From NCBI GenBank assembly GCA_036785375.1, contig JAWMAR010000076.1:7998001-8062000 (forward strand): a stretch of DNA of 64,000 nucleotides. The letters run 5' to 3'. The notes below the pieces were generated by a model. The model was given only the letters and a program-made list of their open reading frames with translations. It did no database searches and was not told the DNA's origin. Both the position numbers and the translations under genes were made by a program. Each line of letters opens with the position of its first letter. The stretch's first letter is position 1. Positions 14,016 through 26,700 of this stretch are shown here, one piece after another. The stretch comes from Leucoraja ocellata (lineage: Eukaryota).

Positions 14016-14352
14016 CTATACTAAATTAATGTTACTAGAACTGCCAGTTTTGTTCCTGATTTACTGCTCAGTTTAACACAATGTGTACAGTCAACAAGCA
14101 TTTACATGGAACAGGATTTAACCTTTGATATTCAGTGTTTGTACTTTTGAGCTGTTGCTTTTACCAAAGGTATTGTTTGTCATTTCAGTGCAGCGTGAAA
14201 GAGCGAAGCTCAGGAGAAAACAAAAGAGTTTACAAATTGAGGATACATGTGCAGAACATTCATAAATATCCAAGAGCTTTCATGCTGCCTTTTGTTTCAA
14301 ATTATTTTTGTTGTCATCATCTGTTCTGATCTTTTGTTGTTATTACCCACAG

Positions 14353-14703
14353 GTCTAAAGGCAAACACATTCCTGATCCAATCCCCAGGTGCTCTGGTGG
14401 TGCGTGAAGGTGAAACAGTGGAGATACGGTGTGTCCTGAACAGCACCAATGTGAATTACATTGTGGACAAATACGACGTTCACTGGTTCAACTCACGTAA
14501 TGGAGAAATCAAACTTAGTCTTTATGTTAATGGCCACACTTACAGGTCACTGGGCTTCTCCGAGCGATTTCAGCTTTCCAGGGACGTCACCAGTAACAGC
14601 TACTCACTGACCATCAGAGAGGTGAAGATTGCCGACTCTGCTGATTACATCTGTGGCATTTGGAACATTATATTAGGAGATGGAACCAAGCTGAATGTAA
14701 CCA
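14353..14703 (+). CDS. Exon V1: N-terminal Ig V-set domain with fused J-like segment
   Basis: cccacag|GT CTA AAG GCA; [50 protein letters not shown]; donor A|gtgagt; 351 nt, phase 1-1. Confidence 0.93.
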
Positions 14704-17700
14704 GTGAGTATTTAAATTGGTTCTAATTCCAATCCTAACATCACGAGGAATCATGATGTCATGTTGTCAGTTTTACAGAGACAAACATCATTAAAAGTTC
14801 ACTCTGCAAAATGGAGAATGAAAATAGGTCAAAATTATTTTTAACTGAATAATGCAGATCACTCGTTACTACGTTCTGAGATCAGGATGGAGAATGTAAT
14901 TTGGCATTGCCAGAGAGGTACACATAGTGTGAACAGATGAATGTAAAGAAATTACAGTATAGGTAGGCTAGTTTCTTCATTTATAATCACTTTGCTTGAG
15001 TTTACTTTATTGTCACGTCTACCGAGGTACAGTGAAAAGCTTTTGTTGCCTGCTAACCAGTCAGCGGAAAGACAATACATGATTACAATCGAGCCATTCA
15101 CAGTTTATGCACGGGCACTATTAGTTGGGGCACCGTCCTGTATGGTATGGCTGCCCAGCCTGCAGCTGTCCGTTTTTTAATCTTTTTTTTTATTTTTAGT
15201 TAGTTAAAGTGTTTTTGTCCTGGAGTTCTAGTCTTTTTTATATGAGGGGTGGGGGGGGAATGGGGAAACTATCTTTCAGGGTCCCTACCTGGTCGGAGAG
15301 GAAGCTTTTCTCCGGGCTGCACCGTTGACCCGTCCTCGCGGCCTACCAGCGGGCCTGGAGCGGCGTTTCCTGAGGGGACCGCCCAGAATCTCAGCTTCGG
15401 CAGCGGCACAGCGCTGGAGCACTATCGCAGAGCGGGTGATGCCTTGCCCGGGTCGCCGCGCTGGAGATCCGGTAAGCTGAGGTCCGCCGATGGAGCGGCC
15501 GGAAGCGCTGAACTTTTCATCGGGAGCCTGGGATCTCTCACCGAGATCGGCAGTTGTGGAACTCCATCCGGCGCGTCCTTGTTGGTTTTGGAAGACGCGG
15601 TCTCGAGTAAGGAGGCGGCCGCTCCAGGTGTCCCATGCCGCTGAGAAGATTCTCCTGACGCCAGAGCACCATTACCCAGCGAGAACGGCCTGGAACATCG
15701 GGCCTCCGTAGCGGCAACTGCGGAGGCCTCAATAGGCCCAACTATGGGCGGACATGTGGATGGGACTGGACTTAGTATCTTCCCTCATAATCAAAACCAT
15801 TGTGGAGGGATGTTTTTTATGTTAAATTTCTTTATTATTGTCATGTTTGTATTCTTTTTTTATGTGCTGCATTGGCAAGAAGCATTTCACTACACCTCGG
15901 TGTACGTGACTAATAAAGAAACATTTGAACCTAGTTGCACCGTCTGCCACACTGAGATCAATTACTCAATGGTCAGCATGGGCTCAGTGAGTGAAGGACC
16001 TGTTTCCATGCTGCATCTCTACACTAAAGTAAACTAAGCATTACCACCTCAATGATCTAGCTGTACTATTTCCATACCCTCTTATTCCTCCAATATACAG
16101 AGATCTGCTTATCTCTGTAGCAGCAAAGGACTAAATAAACGACTAAACAAAGCTAAATGAAAAATGAAATCCCCATTGTGAGGCAACACCTCCCAACACT
16201 GGAGGGAGAGAGAGAGAAAGAGAATGAGAGAGTGAAAGATAATCGTGAACAGGGAGAAAGTTGCAATCAGCTGCAATCATGATTTTAATATCAGTTGCTA
16301 ACCAAGTTAGCATTACTTTTACATGAGGTTATCTAATGACAAAGGATGAATGTATTTTAAGTTGAAACACATGAAGTATTTAGCAACTCCAACATTATTG
16401 TTCATCTGTTGATATTTTCCCTTTCAAGTTGCAAATCCTCCGATCCTGATCCAATCCCCGAGGCTGGAGCGTGTCACTGAGGGTCACACGGCACGGTTAT
16501 GGTGCTCCATGGAGAACGCTGAACTGGGAAACACTGACGTCCACTGGTACCGAGAACTACCCGGGCAGGACATGGAGTGGGTTTTAACACACGAGGCAGG
16601 AGGCAGCGTACGAAGGAGACCAGGCTTCACTGAGCGGTTCCAGCCGTCCAAAGACGCCTCCAACAGCAGCTTCATCCTGAATGTCACAAACGTGATGCTC
16701 AATGACTCTGCCGTCTATTACTGCACAGTGTGGGGAGATATCAGAGGGAATGGAACCCAGCTCAACGTAACCAGTGAGTACAAATTATATTTGGTTTTAT
16801 TAACCTATGTGTAACTATATTGGGTGTAATTCACTTCCCTTGAATTGGCGCATGTACCGGGAGTACTGAAAGATTAAGGAGATCGTACTGGAGCCCTGAT
16901 TCTGGAGACCAATATATTGTGGCCCCTCACTAATGGTGTGAGCACTAATATGGTAACTGATGTCAGATCTGGGTTGTGGGAAATAAATTTCAATGTGCAG
17001 TGTGTTCTTCATTGTAGAGAAAACTAGAAATAGTGTTCAGTGCTCAGTGTAATAGCATGGCACTGCTCACAGCTGTTTGAGTTAAGGTACAGGAGAGCAG
17101 AACAACAACTTGTCATGGCTTTAGATTAACCAATGCTGCCTCCATATTCCAATGGTTAAATAGTTTTTTATTTGTCACATATGCAACTATGCAGTGAAAT
17201 TATTTTTGCATATATTACACATGCTGGTGGTGCCATGTTTTGGCGTCATGATCATTCAAAGTGCAACGTCCGGTCAGCCCACAGCTCGATGTACTGGAGT
17301 AGTTCCCATGAACCAAAGTCCCTCTCCTCTCCTCGCCCGGCCATCGTTGTGTCCCGGGGGTGCTTCCAGCAGACTATCTGGAGGCACTGGAGACAGTTCC
17401 CTGGTTCAACCTCGCACCGGCCCTTGCTCCTTGTGTCTGACGTCTCCAGCTCTCTCCCGGTCATGCCGACCGATGAGCCTTTTGACGGGTTCCCAGTCCC
17501 ACCGACCGGCAAAACTTCGGGCTTGTTTTCAACCAGGAATCACTGATACTTGAACCCCTCACAGAGCAGAGGCAACAACAACAACAACAACAACAACGCT
17601 GTCACTGGATCCAAGGCCAGGCCTCTGGAACTCACTGAGAAGAAACACGTTACACGTTGATCACCTGGGTTCATGCCCACCCTCAGGCTAACACTTTTTC

Positions 17701-20700
17701 ATTGTTGTCTGGATCTGAGTCATTGCTCATCAGCATTGCATTGATGCGGGCCCCTAATCCATGTCAAATAGTGTGAAGCATAGTTGAAATTCCCCCTCAA
17801 TATAATTTCCATGTTCCAGTGAAGTAGATAACTCGTTGCACCATCGGCAGTAAAGGAAAGATAAGAATCCGACACAAAGGCAGAAGAATAGGGTCAGTGT
17901 AAGAACAGAGTCAACGTGGATGTTTGAAATGGACATCATGGTTCAGAAATCTCTGAAAGTTGGTAGATGTTTGTAACTAGCAAAGTAGGGTAGAATATAT
18001 GGAGGAACTGGAATGAACAGCAGGTATCCAAGCTGAGGGGCTGTGACTAGTGAGAGGTACGGTTTGGTGCTGGGACCCTCACTGTTCACAATCGAGGATG
18101 AGAAGACCAAGTATAACATATCCAGGTTAGTTGGTAGGCAAAGCAACATGGGAGGAGGCTTCAAGGGGCACAGACAAGTATAAAGAGCAGGACAAGTCAG
18201 ATGGACTATATCTTCATTCACTTCTGCAGGTAAAATGGACGTAAAGCATTTTTTTAATGTTGTGAGACAGTAAGGTCAGAAGAATCCAGGTGTTCTCATA
18301 CACAAAATAACTTAAAGTCAACATGTGGATAGAATGAGCAGTTTGGAAGGCAAACATTAAAAACAAAAGGCAAAATCTGTTGGAGTAACTTAAAAGGTCA
18401 GCCAGCAAGTCCGGAGAACATGGATAAATCTGACATCCTCGATAATCTTACTCTTCAATTATCCTGAGCCTCCCTGGGAAGTATGTGATGGGATTCAAAT
18501 TTTAGAAACTGTTACACACTAAATGCTAGAGAAATATGATGCCTTCCATTGAACTCCATGTATATTCACACAGATCCCCTGTATGATCCGGTCCTTATCC
18601 AGTCTCCGTCAGTCAGCAAGGTGGCAGAGGGTGTAACCGTGCAGTTGCAATGTGCCTTGCACAAAGCTGGTGTGAATGACACTGACGTCCACTGGAACCA
18701 GCAGCGACCTGGGAAAAACAGCGAGTGGATAATGAGCCACTTTGTGGATGGCAACGTCACCAGGTCTGGCTGTATCTCTGACCGCTTTCAGTCTTTCAGG
18801 AATGCCATGAGCAACAGTTACATTCTGACCATCACCAAGGTTTCCATCAATGACACTGCTGTCTACAACTGCAGTGTGTGGAGTTACATCTATGGAGCAG
18901 GATCCCAGCTCAATGTAACTGGTAAGTCATTGTTTGCCTACACTGACGATAACAGCAGCTCACACTTCAACCTTCACGCAATGACTCACTGACACATGGG
19001 AATTCTGTGACCACTCCCAGTAAAACAGAGAGTGGAGAAGTTATCCTTGGCGTGTAAAGTGCACCAGCTAGGAAATAGATAAGTGTGTGAAAGGACGAGT
19101 ACAAGAGAACAAAAATCAAAAGTGTGAATAGTCTCCGCAAATGGTTTGTGGATGAAAAAGGATTTGCCTTTGGGTTTGAGCTGTCAGAGATGGAAGGTAT
19201 TACCAACTAATAGCATAACGTCAAATAGTCATACAGCATGGAAACATGCCCTTCTGCCCAACTTGCCCACACCGGCCAACATGTCCAGGTACACTAGTCC
19301 CACCTGCCTGCATTTGGCCCATATTCCTCCTGAAACAAATCAGAGTAAGGAGAGAAAGAGGATCACTTCATATGTTGTTAAAAGGAATAATTAGCTCATA
19401 AAATCCAATGGGAGAAGAAATATTATCAATTTCTTAAGAAAAAGCCAAGCTTGAGGTTATGAGTTTGAGTTTAATTTTACTTCGGAGTCACGTGAGTGAC
19501 TACGTGAAGAACCCACCCAGTGCGCAGGCGCGGCATTACGTCAGCAGCGCAACAGCGGCAGCAGCTGGAGCCAGGCTCTCCAGCGGCAGGATAAAGACAA
19601 GACCTCAGGTAAGTGAGTCTTTTGTATTACAGAGAGTCGCTAGCGGAGGAAGAAGCTATGGCTACCCGAAAGCGACCAACAAAGAGGACTGCCTGCCCAA
19701 CTCCACCCGAGGAAGGGTCAACATCTGGGCGGCAGCCACCAGCGGCGGAGGAGCTGTTTGAACGTTCCCGCACACCCGACGCCGAGCCGCTCCCTGGGCC
19801 GCCGACTTCGACGCCCCGCACAGGGAGAAAATCAACCCGGAAAACAGACCGGCCGGTGGCCTCCGACTCGTCGGAGGAACGGAACACTCTCCACCGGCGA
19901 AACGGGGAGACAGCCGCTTAAGCTGCATGAGGCAGCTGCTCGAGCAGATGCTTGAGCAAGAGATGCAGGCAAGGCATCTCCAAGGAGGACGGGCTTTGGC
20001 CTCCTCCAAACCATCACCACACCCTTCTGTTCCCTCCTTGTTTGAGGTCAGTAAGGGAGGCCAGGACTGGGCTGGCCTATCACAAGGGCAGGCGGACGAC
20101 TGCGCAAGCATGCCAGGCGAGCTGGAGGAAGAAGAGCTGCTGGGTGTAGTTAGCAGGTATGCGGCGCCCCCGAGGACCGGAAGGATGCTAGAGCCAAGAA
20201 TGGCGGCCAGTATCAACAGGCTCTCTAATAAGCCATTGCAGGAGAAAGTTCTTCAAGAGGCCCTCGATACATACACGGCGCCTGAAAACTGCGAAGCGCT
20301 TCGAGTAAAGACCGTAAACGGCCAGATATGGAGCCAGCTGGGACAGCATATCAGGACACAAGAGCTGAAGATGCAGCGTATCCTGAAGCTCCACACCGCA
20401 GCCATCACCGCCTTTGCTCGGTCCACGGAGAACGTGGAGCTCACTACACCTCAGCAGGACTTGCTGGCCCTGATGTGCAACACGCAGTATGAGCTAAACA
20501 ACTTGAGGCGTGAAAACATCAGGCCTGCCCTCAACCCCAAGTACGCGGGCCTTTGCAAAGCTCCGGCGCCAGAAAAGGAGGCGCTACTATTCGGGGCCGA
20601 CTTGAGGAAAAGGCTCAAGGAGCTTGAAGAGGCTGCCAAACCTGTAGGCCGCATGAGGGCAGGACCAGGACCGAGCAGGGTGAAGACACCCAGTTGGCAG

Positions 20701-23700
20701 CACGCCTCGGCATCCACCAGCAGATACCGAGCTGGTGAAAGCCTGGTGACCGCTTCCCACTACCCCCAGAGCTCTTTTTTAGAGCGGGGCCCAGAGCGGA
20801 GCCGTGGGAAGATACGCCGCCCCACCACAGCACCAACAAGGACACCCTCGGGCCAAACCCATCATCGCAGACGCTCCCAGAAATGAACATGGAGGTAGGT
20901 GGGTCTGGTTCCTGTCAACATACACAGACAAAGGGTGTTGTATTAACAGGAGGGCGTTTAAGGTTCTTCAAACATGTTTGGTGCTCCATTACTAACAACA
21001 AGTTTATACTCAACAGTATCAGTGGATACAAAATTGAATTTAAACCAGGCATAGAACCGCCGGTTCAGCACATACCCCAAAGGGTATTCCTTCCCACAGA
21101 ATTAGAGAAGGTAGAAGGACAAGCTGAATTAGATAGGCTCGTGTCCAAGGGCATCATTGAGAGGGCCAGACACGAGCCATTGGAATTTGTATCGAATATA
21201 TTTATCAGAACCAAAAAAGATGGCGGATGTCGCATTATCATTGATTTGACATCACTAAATCAATCTGTTGAGTATCAACATTTCAAAATGGAGACATTTG
21301 TTACTGCCAGACAACTGATCTCCAAGGGATACTTCATGGCAAGCATAGACATTAAGGATGCTTACTATTTAGTACCCATTCATAAGGATCATTTCAGATA
21401 TCTGAAATTTATCTGGATGGGGCAACTATGGCAGTATAGAGCATTACCCAATGGTTTAACGACAGCTCCCAGATTATTTACTAAAATTCTCAAAGTGGCC
21501 ATGAAAAAATTAAGAGAACAAAAACACTTAGTCATGGCTTATTTGGATGATGTTCTCATATTGGGGAGAACAAGGGAACTAGCTGTCGCAGGAGTCTTAG
21601 CTACTAAACAACTCCTTGAAACATTGGGATTTGTTCTACACCCAGATAAATCAGTATTGAAGCCAACAACTAACATGGACTATCTAGGCTTCACCATCGA
21701 CTCTATCCGTATGACTGTCACTCTGCCAAGGGACAAAAAGGCTGCATTAGCAGAAGCATGTAACAACTTAATCACAAAAACACAACCAAAGATCCGGCAT
21801 GTTGCCAGAGTCATTGGTAGTATAGTAGCAGCATTTCCAGCTGAACAATATGGCCCCTTGCATTATCAAAATTTACAAAGAGCAAGGACACATGCACTAC
21901 GTCAAAGTAGGGGGCATTATGACCGAACTATGGATTTACCCGCTGAAGCCATATCAGAACTTCAGTGGTGGGTGGATAACATTTGGCACAGTTACAGTCC
22001 TATCGCCGTCACCAATCCTAACATAGTCATTACGACGGATGCCAGTGCTTTAGGCTGGGGAGCTACTAACTCTATATCCAGCACAGGTGGCAGATGGACT
22101 AATTCAGAGGCATCGCTACTACAATCACTAGGCATAAATTATTTGGAGATGCTGGCCGCCTTTTATGGGCTAAAAGCATATGCATTCGATATGCGGTACG
22201 TGCATGTCAGGTTAATGATTGACAACACGATGGTGGTGACTTACATCCAGCACATGGGTGGCATAAAATCAGTATCATGCGACAAATTGACTACTATAAT
22301 CTGGCAATGGTGTGTCGAGAGACATATTTGGCTATCAGCTGCCTATTTACCAGGCAAGCTAAACACAGTGGCGGACACCAGGTCACGAAAATTCAATGAT
22401 AACATCGAATGGATGTTAGACCCAAAAATATTTGCTAGAATTGTTAAGCAATACGGTACGCCAGATATAGATTTGTTTGCGTCTAGATTAAATCACCAGT
22501 TACCCATGTATGTGGCTTGGGAACCAGACCCAGAGGCAGCAGCGGTAGATGCCTTCACGCTGGATTGGGGAAATTTCTTCTTCTATGCTTTCCCTCCCTT
22601 CTGCCTCATCAGCCGGGTACTCCAGAAAATACAAGCAGACTCGGCTTCAGGTATTCTGGTCGTACCCGACTGGCCTACCCAACCATGGTTCCCAGTTTTC
22701 CACGACATGGTGGTAGAGTCACCTATGGTTTTTCACAGCCACCCACAACTATTGACTCACCCGGTATCCGGCATAAGCCATCCATGCCATCAAAATTTGA
22801 AACTCCTGGTTTGTAGGTTCTGACCAGGCCTTACCAGGGATTGGGGTTATCAGAACGAACAATCACCACCATGTCGGCATCCCTGCGAGTCTCTACCAAG
22901 AAGCAGTACTTGACCTACATCAAGAAATGGGAGCAGTACTGCTTGGATGCAGGGACATCATACAAGACAGCCTCGATCACGGACGTGCTGGAATTCCTGG
23001 CCCACTTACACCATGACCAAAAGATGAGCTACAGTGCCGTCAATGCAGCACGGAGCGCCCTGTCCGCTTACCTTATGCCCACAGGACATCATAGCATTGG
23101 GTCCCACCCACTGGTTATAAAACTCCTCAAAGGGATTTATAATACTAAACCCCCTACACCCAGATACACTCATGTATGGGACATAAGTGTAGTTTTGTCA
23201 CACCTTAGAGGTTGGCCTCCGGTGGGATCCCTTAGTCTAGAGCAATCCACACTCAAGACCCTCATGCTCATGGCGCTCGTCTCTGCACAAAGGGTTCAGT
23301 CACTGCATCAACTAAGACTGGACAACATGGTAACCACCCCAGACTGCATCACATTTACCATGCCGGGGTTGGTAAAACAAAGCAGGCCAGATATGCCCAA
23401 CTCGCCGTTAATCTTCCGGGCCTATCCTCCAGAACCTAGGCTGTGTGTAGTGACCCATCTATACAACTACGTAGACACAACCCATACGCTTAGAGGGAGT
23501 GAAAAAGCCTCATGGGTCAGCCACAAAAAGCCTTTTGGACGGGTTACCAGCCAGACTATATCTAGGTGGTTGAAACAGGTCTTAAAAGCCGCGGGGATTA
23601 ACACGGATGTTTTTAAATCCCATTCTATCAGGGCAGCGTCCACGTCAGCGGCGGAACGGATGGAGGTTCCCATAGACCACATCCTAAGTACAGCGGGATG

Positions 23701-26700
23701 GTCAAGGGAATCAACGTTCCGGAAATTCTACCACAAACCGCTGATGGAAAAGGACTTGCTTGCGGACAAAATTTTAGAATCTGCAAACTTATAATTTAAG
23801 CCCGGGGAGCTATTTTTTGTTATTGTTTAAATAAACATTTTTGTTTTCAAAAAACTAACAAATTCGTTGGTCTTTAGATACCACTTCCTCCCTCGATAAA
23901 CTTCGGCAGTGAGTGATATAGCTGTTACACGGTTTGAAATCACAGACCTTTGAAGTCTTCACGTAGTCACTCACGTGACTCCGAAGTAAAATAGTGAGAT
24001 TAAACGAGTACTTACCAGTACGAAGTTTGATCTGTATTTTATGAGGAGTTACGATGAGGGATTACGTGCCCTCCGCTCCCGCCCTCATTGTATAGATCAA
24101 ACTTGGGCTGATGTCTCTTTAATCTTAACTATCTTTACTTCAATATTGTGTCTACCTGTGATTCCACACCGCTGCTTGGAAGTATGCCGCGCCTGCGCAC
24201 TGGGCGGGTTCTTCACGTAATCCCTCATCGTAACTCCTCATAAAATACAGATCAAACTTCGTACTGGTAAGTACTCGTTTAATCTCACTATTTATTGTCA
24301 CGTGTACTAACATACAGTAAAAAGCTTTTGCAGGCTAACTAGTCAGTGGAAAGACAATACATAATTACAATTGAGCCATCCACAGATACACGATAAAGGG
24401 AATAACGTAAATAAAGTTTGGTGCTAGATAAAGCCAGTGATTCCAATCAAAGATAGTCCAAGGATCTCCAATGTCGATAGTAGTCCCAGAGGAACTCAGC
24501 AGAGGGACCAGGGGTTAAATGAGATGGAGGAACTGAGTGAAATCCAGGTTAGCCGGGAAGTGGTGTTAGGTAAATTGAATAGATTAAAGACCGATAAATC
24601 CCCAGGGCCAGATAAGTTGCATCCCAGAGTACTTAAGGAAGTAGCCACAGAAATAGTGGATGCAATAGTGATAATTTTTCAAAACACTTTAGATTCTGGA
24701 GTAGTTCCTGAGGACTGGAGGGTAGCTAATGTAACCCCCCTTTTTAAAAAGGGAGGGAGAGAGAAAACGGGAAATTACAGACCAGTTAGTCTAACATCGG
24801 TGGTGGGGAAATTTCTGGAGTCAGTTATTAAAGACGGGATAGCAGCACATTTGGAAAGTGGTGAACTCATTGGACAAAGTCAGCATGGATTTATGAAAGG
24901 TAAATCATGTCTGACGAATCTTATAAAAAAAGATGGCGGATGTGCAGGAGTGGGCGCCGTCTGTGTATGGCAGCCTGTCCGCAGTCCGTCTCTTCACCTT
25001 TTATTTATTTTAAGTCCTGTTAAAAAATGTAAGTTTGTTAGTTGGGGGTCTTTTATGTGGTGGGCGGGGGTGGGGAAGGGGGAAAATTTAATTTTTAGTC
25101 ACCTACCTGGTCAGAGAGGCAGCATCCCTCCAAGCTGCTTCTTCGCCCAGTCCTCGCGGCCTACCATCGAGAATGGAGCGGCGTTTTCCTGTCGGGACTG
25201 GCCGGGCTACAGCTTCGACAGCAGCACAGCGCTGGGATACCAACAGATAGCGAGCGATGCCTTACCGGGTCGCCGTGCGGTAAGCTCCGGAGCGCTGTGG
25301 CCGCCGACTCCCAACATTGCAGAGCTGTGGCTGCGGGCGGCCGGACGCTGGCGGCGCTGGATTTGGAGCACCGTGGAGCCAGGGATTGTGTTCGCCAGGG
25401 TCGGAGCTCCAACCGGCGCGGCCTGAGGGCTACAAGTGCACCGGCCTCCGGTCTCTGGGCAGGAGGCAGCCGTTCTAGAATTTCCAAGCCGCTGAGGAAT
25501 GTTTCACCCGACGACGGAGTTCCATCTTCACGTCAAGAGGGCCCTGAAAATCATCGGACTGGCTGCAAAGCCACAAATGGGCCCCGACCTCGGGTGTTTC
25601 AGAGGAAGAGGACTTAACTTTCTGGTGCCTTTCCCCACAGTAGAAATGTTTGATTGTGCTGTGGGGGGACGTTTGTGTTGAACACTAAAATGTGTTGTGT
25701 CCATTTTCTTTATTTTTTTAACCTTTTTCTCTGGTTTGTATGGAAACTTATTATCTAATTTATGTAAAGCACTTAGGTGTCAATGCGAGTTGACTTAAAA
25801 CGTGCTATATAAATAAAACTTACTTACTTACTTATAGAATTTTTCGAGGATGTAACTAGTAGAGTGGATAAGGGAGAACCAGTGGATGTGCTATATCTGG
25901 ACTTTCAGAAGGTTTTTGACAAGGTCCTACATAAGAGATTAGTAAACAAACTTAAAGCACACGGTATTGGGGGTTCAGTATTGATGTGGATAGAGAACTG
26001 GCTGATAAACAGGAAGCAGAGTGTAGGAGTAAACGGGTCCTTTTCAGAATGGCAGGCAGTGACTAGTGGGGTACGCAAGGCTCAGTGCTGGGATCCCAGC
26101 TATTTACAATATATATTAATGATCCGGATGAGGGAATTGAATGCAACATCTCCAAGTTTGCGGATAACACAAAGCTGAGGGGCAGTGTTAGCTGTGAGGA
26201 GGATGCTAGGAGGCTGCAAGGTGACTTGGATAGGTTGGGTGAGTGGGCAAATGCATGGCAGATGCAGTATAATGTGGATAAATGTGAGGTTATCCACTTT
26301 GGTCGCAAAAAACAGGAAAGTAGACTATTATCTGAATGGTGGCCGATTAGGAAAAGGGGAGATACACCAGTCATTGAAAGTAGGAATGCAGGTGCAGCAG
26401 GCAGTGAAGAAAGCAAATGGTATGTTAGCATTCATAGCAAAAGGATTTGAGTATAAGAGCAGGGAGATTCTACTGCAGTTGTACAGGGTCTTGGTGAGAC
26501 CACACCTGGAGTATTGCATACAGTTTTGGTCTCCTAATCTGAGGAAAGACATTCTTGACATAGAGGGAGTACAGAGAAGGTTCACCAGACTGATTCCTGG
26601 GATGGCAGGACTTTCATATGAAGAAAGACTGGATAGACTCGGCATGTACACGCTAGAATTCAGAATATTGAGGGTGGATCTTATAGTAACTTACTAAACT

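Larger units (their letters stand above)
19474..24293 (+). mobile_element. DIRS1-like tyrosine-recombinase retrotransposon, full length, near intact
   Basis: ITRs 19501-19536 and 24184-24219; internal complementary region 23956-24068 matching both termini; gag, RT-RNaseH-MT and YR ORFs; ATTT at both ends; empty site in duplicate copy near 32640. Confidence 0.96.

Noticed and set aside
14353-14703. Siglec assignment suggested by the ITIM/ITSM tail
   Set aside because: V1 lacks the F-strand Arg and Siglec cysteine pattern, and there are no C2 domains.
16724-16730. Perfect RSS heptamer CACAGTG at the CDR3 start of V2 (also V4, V6)
   Set aside because: It arises from the Cys-Thr-Val codons, and no nonamer-like sequence follows at 12- or 23-bp spacing.
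16774-16814. Intron read-through tails after V exons (e.g. [13 protein letters not shown]) as secreted or GPI-linked ends
   Set aside because: Each begins at a consensus splice donor; nothing in the sequence supports use without transcript data.
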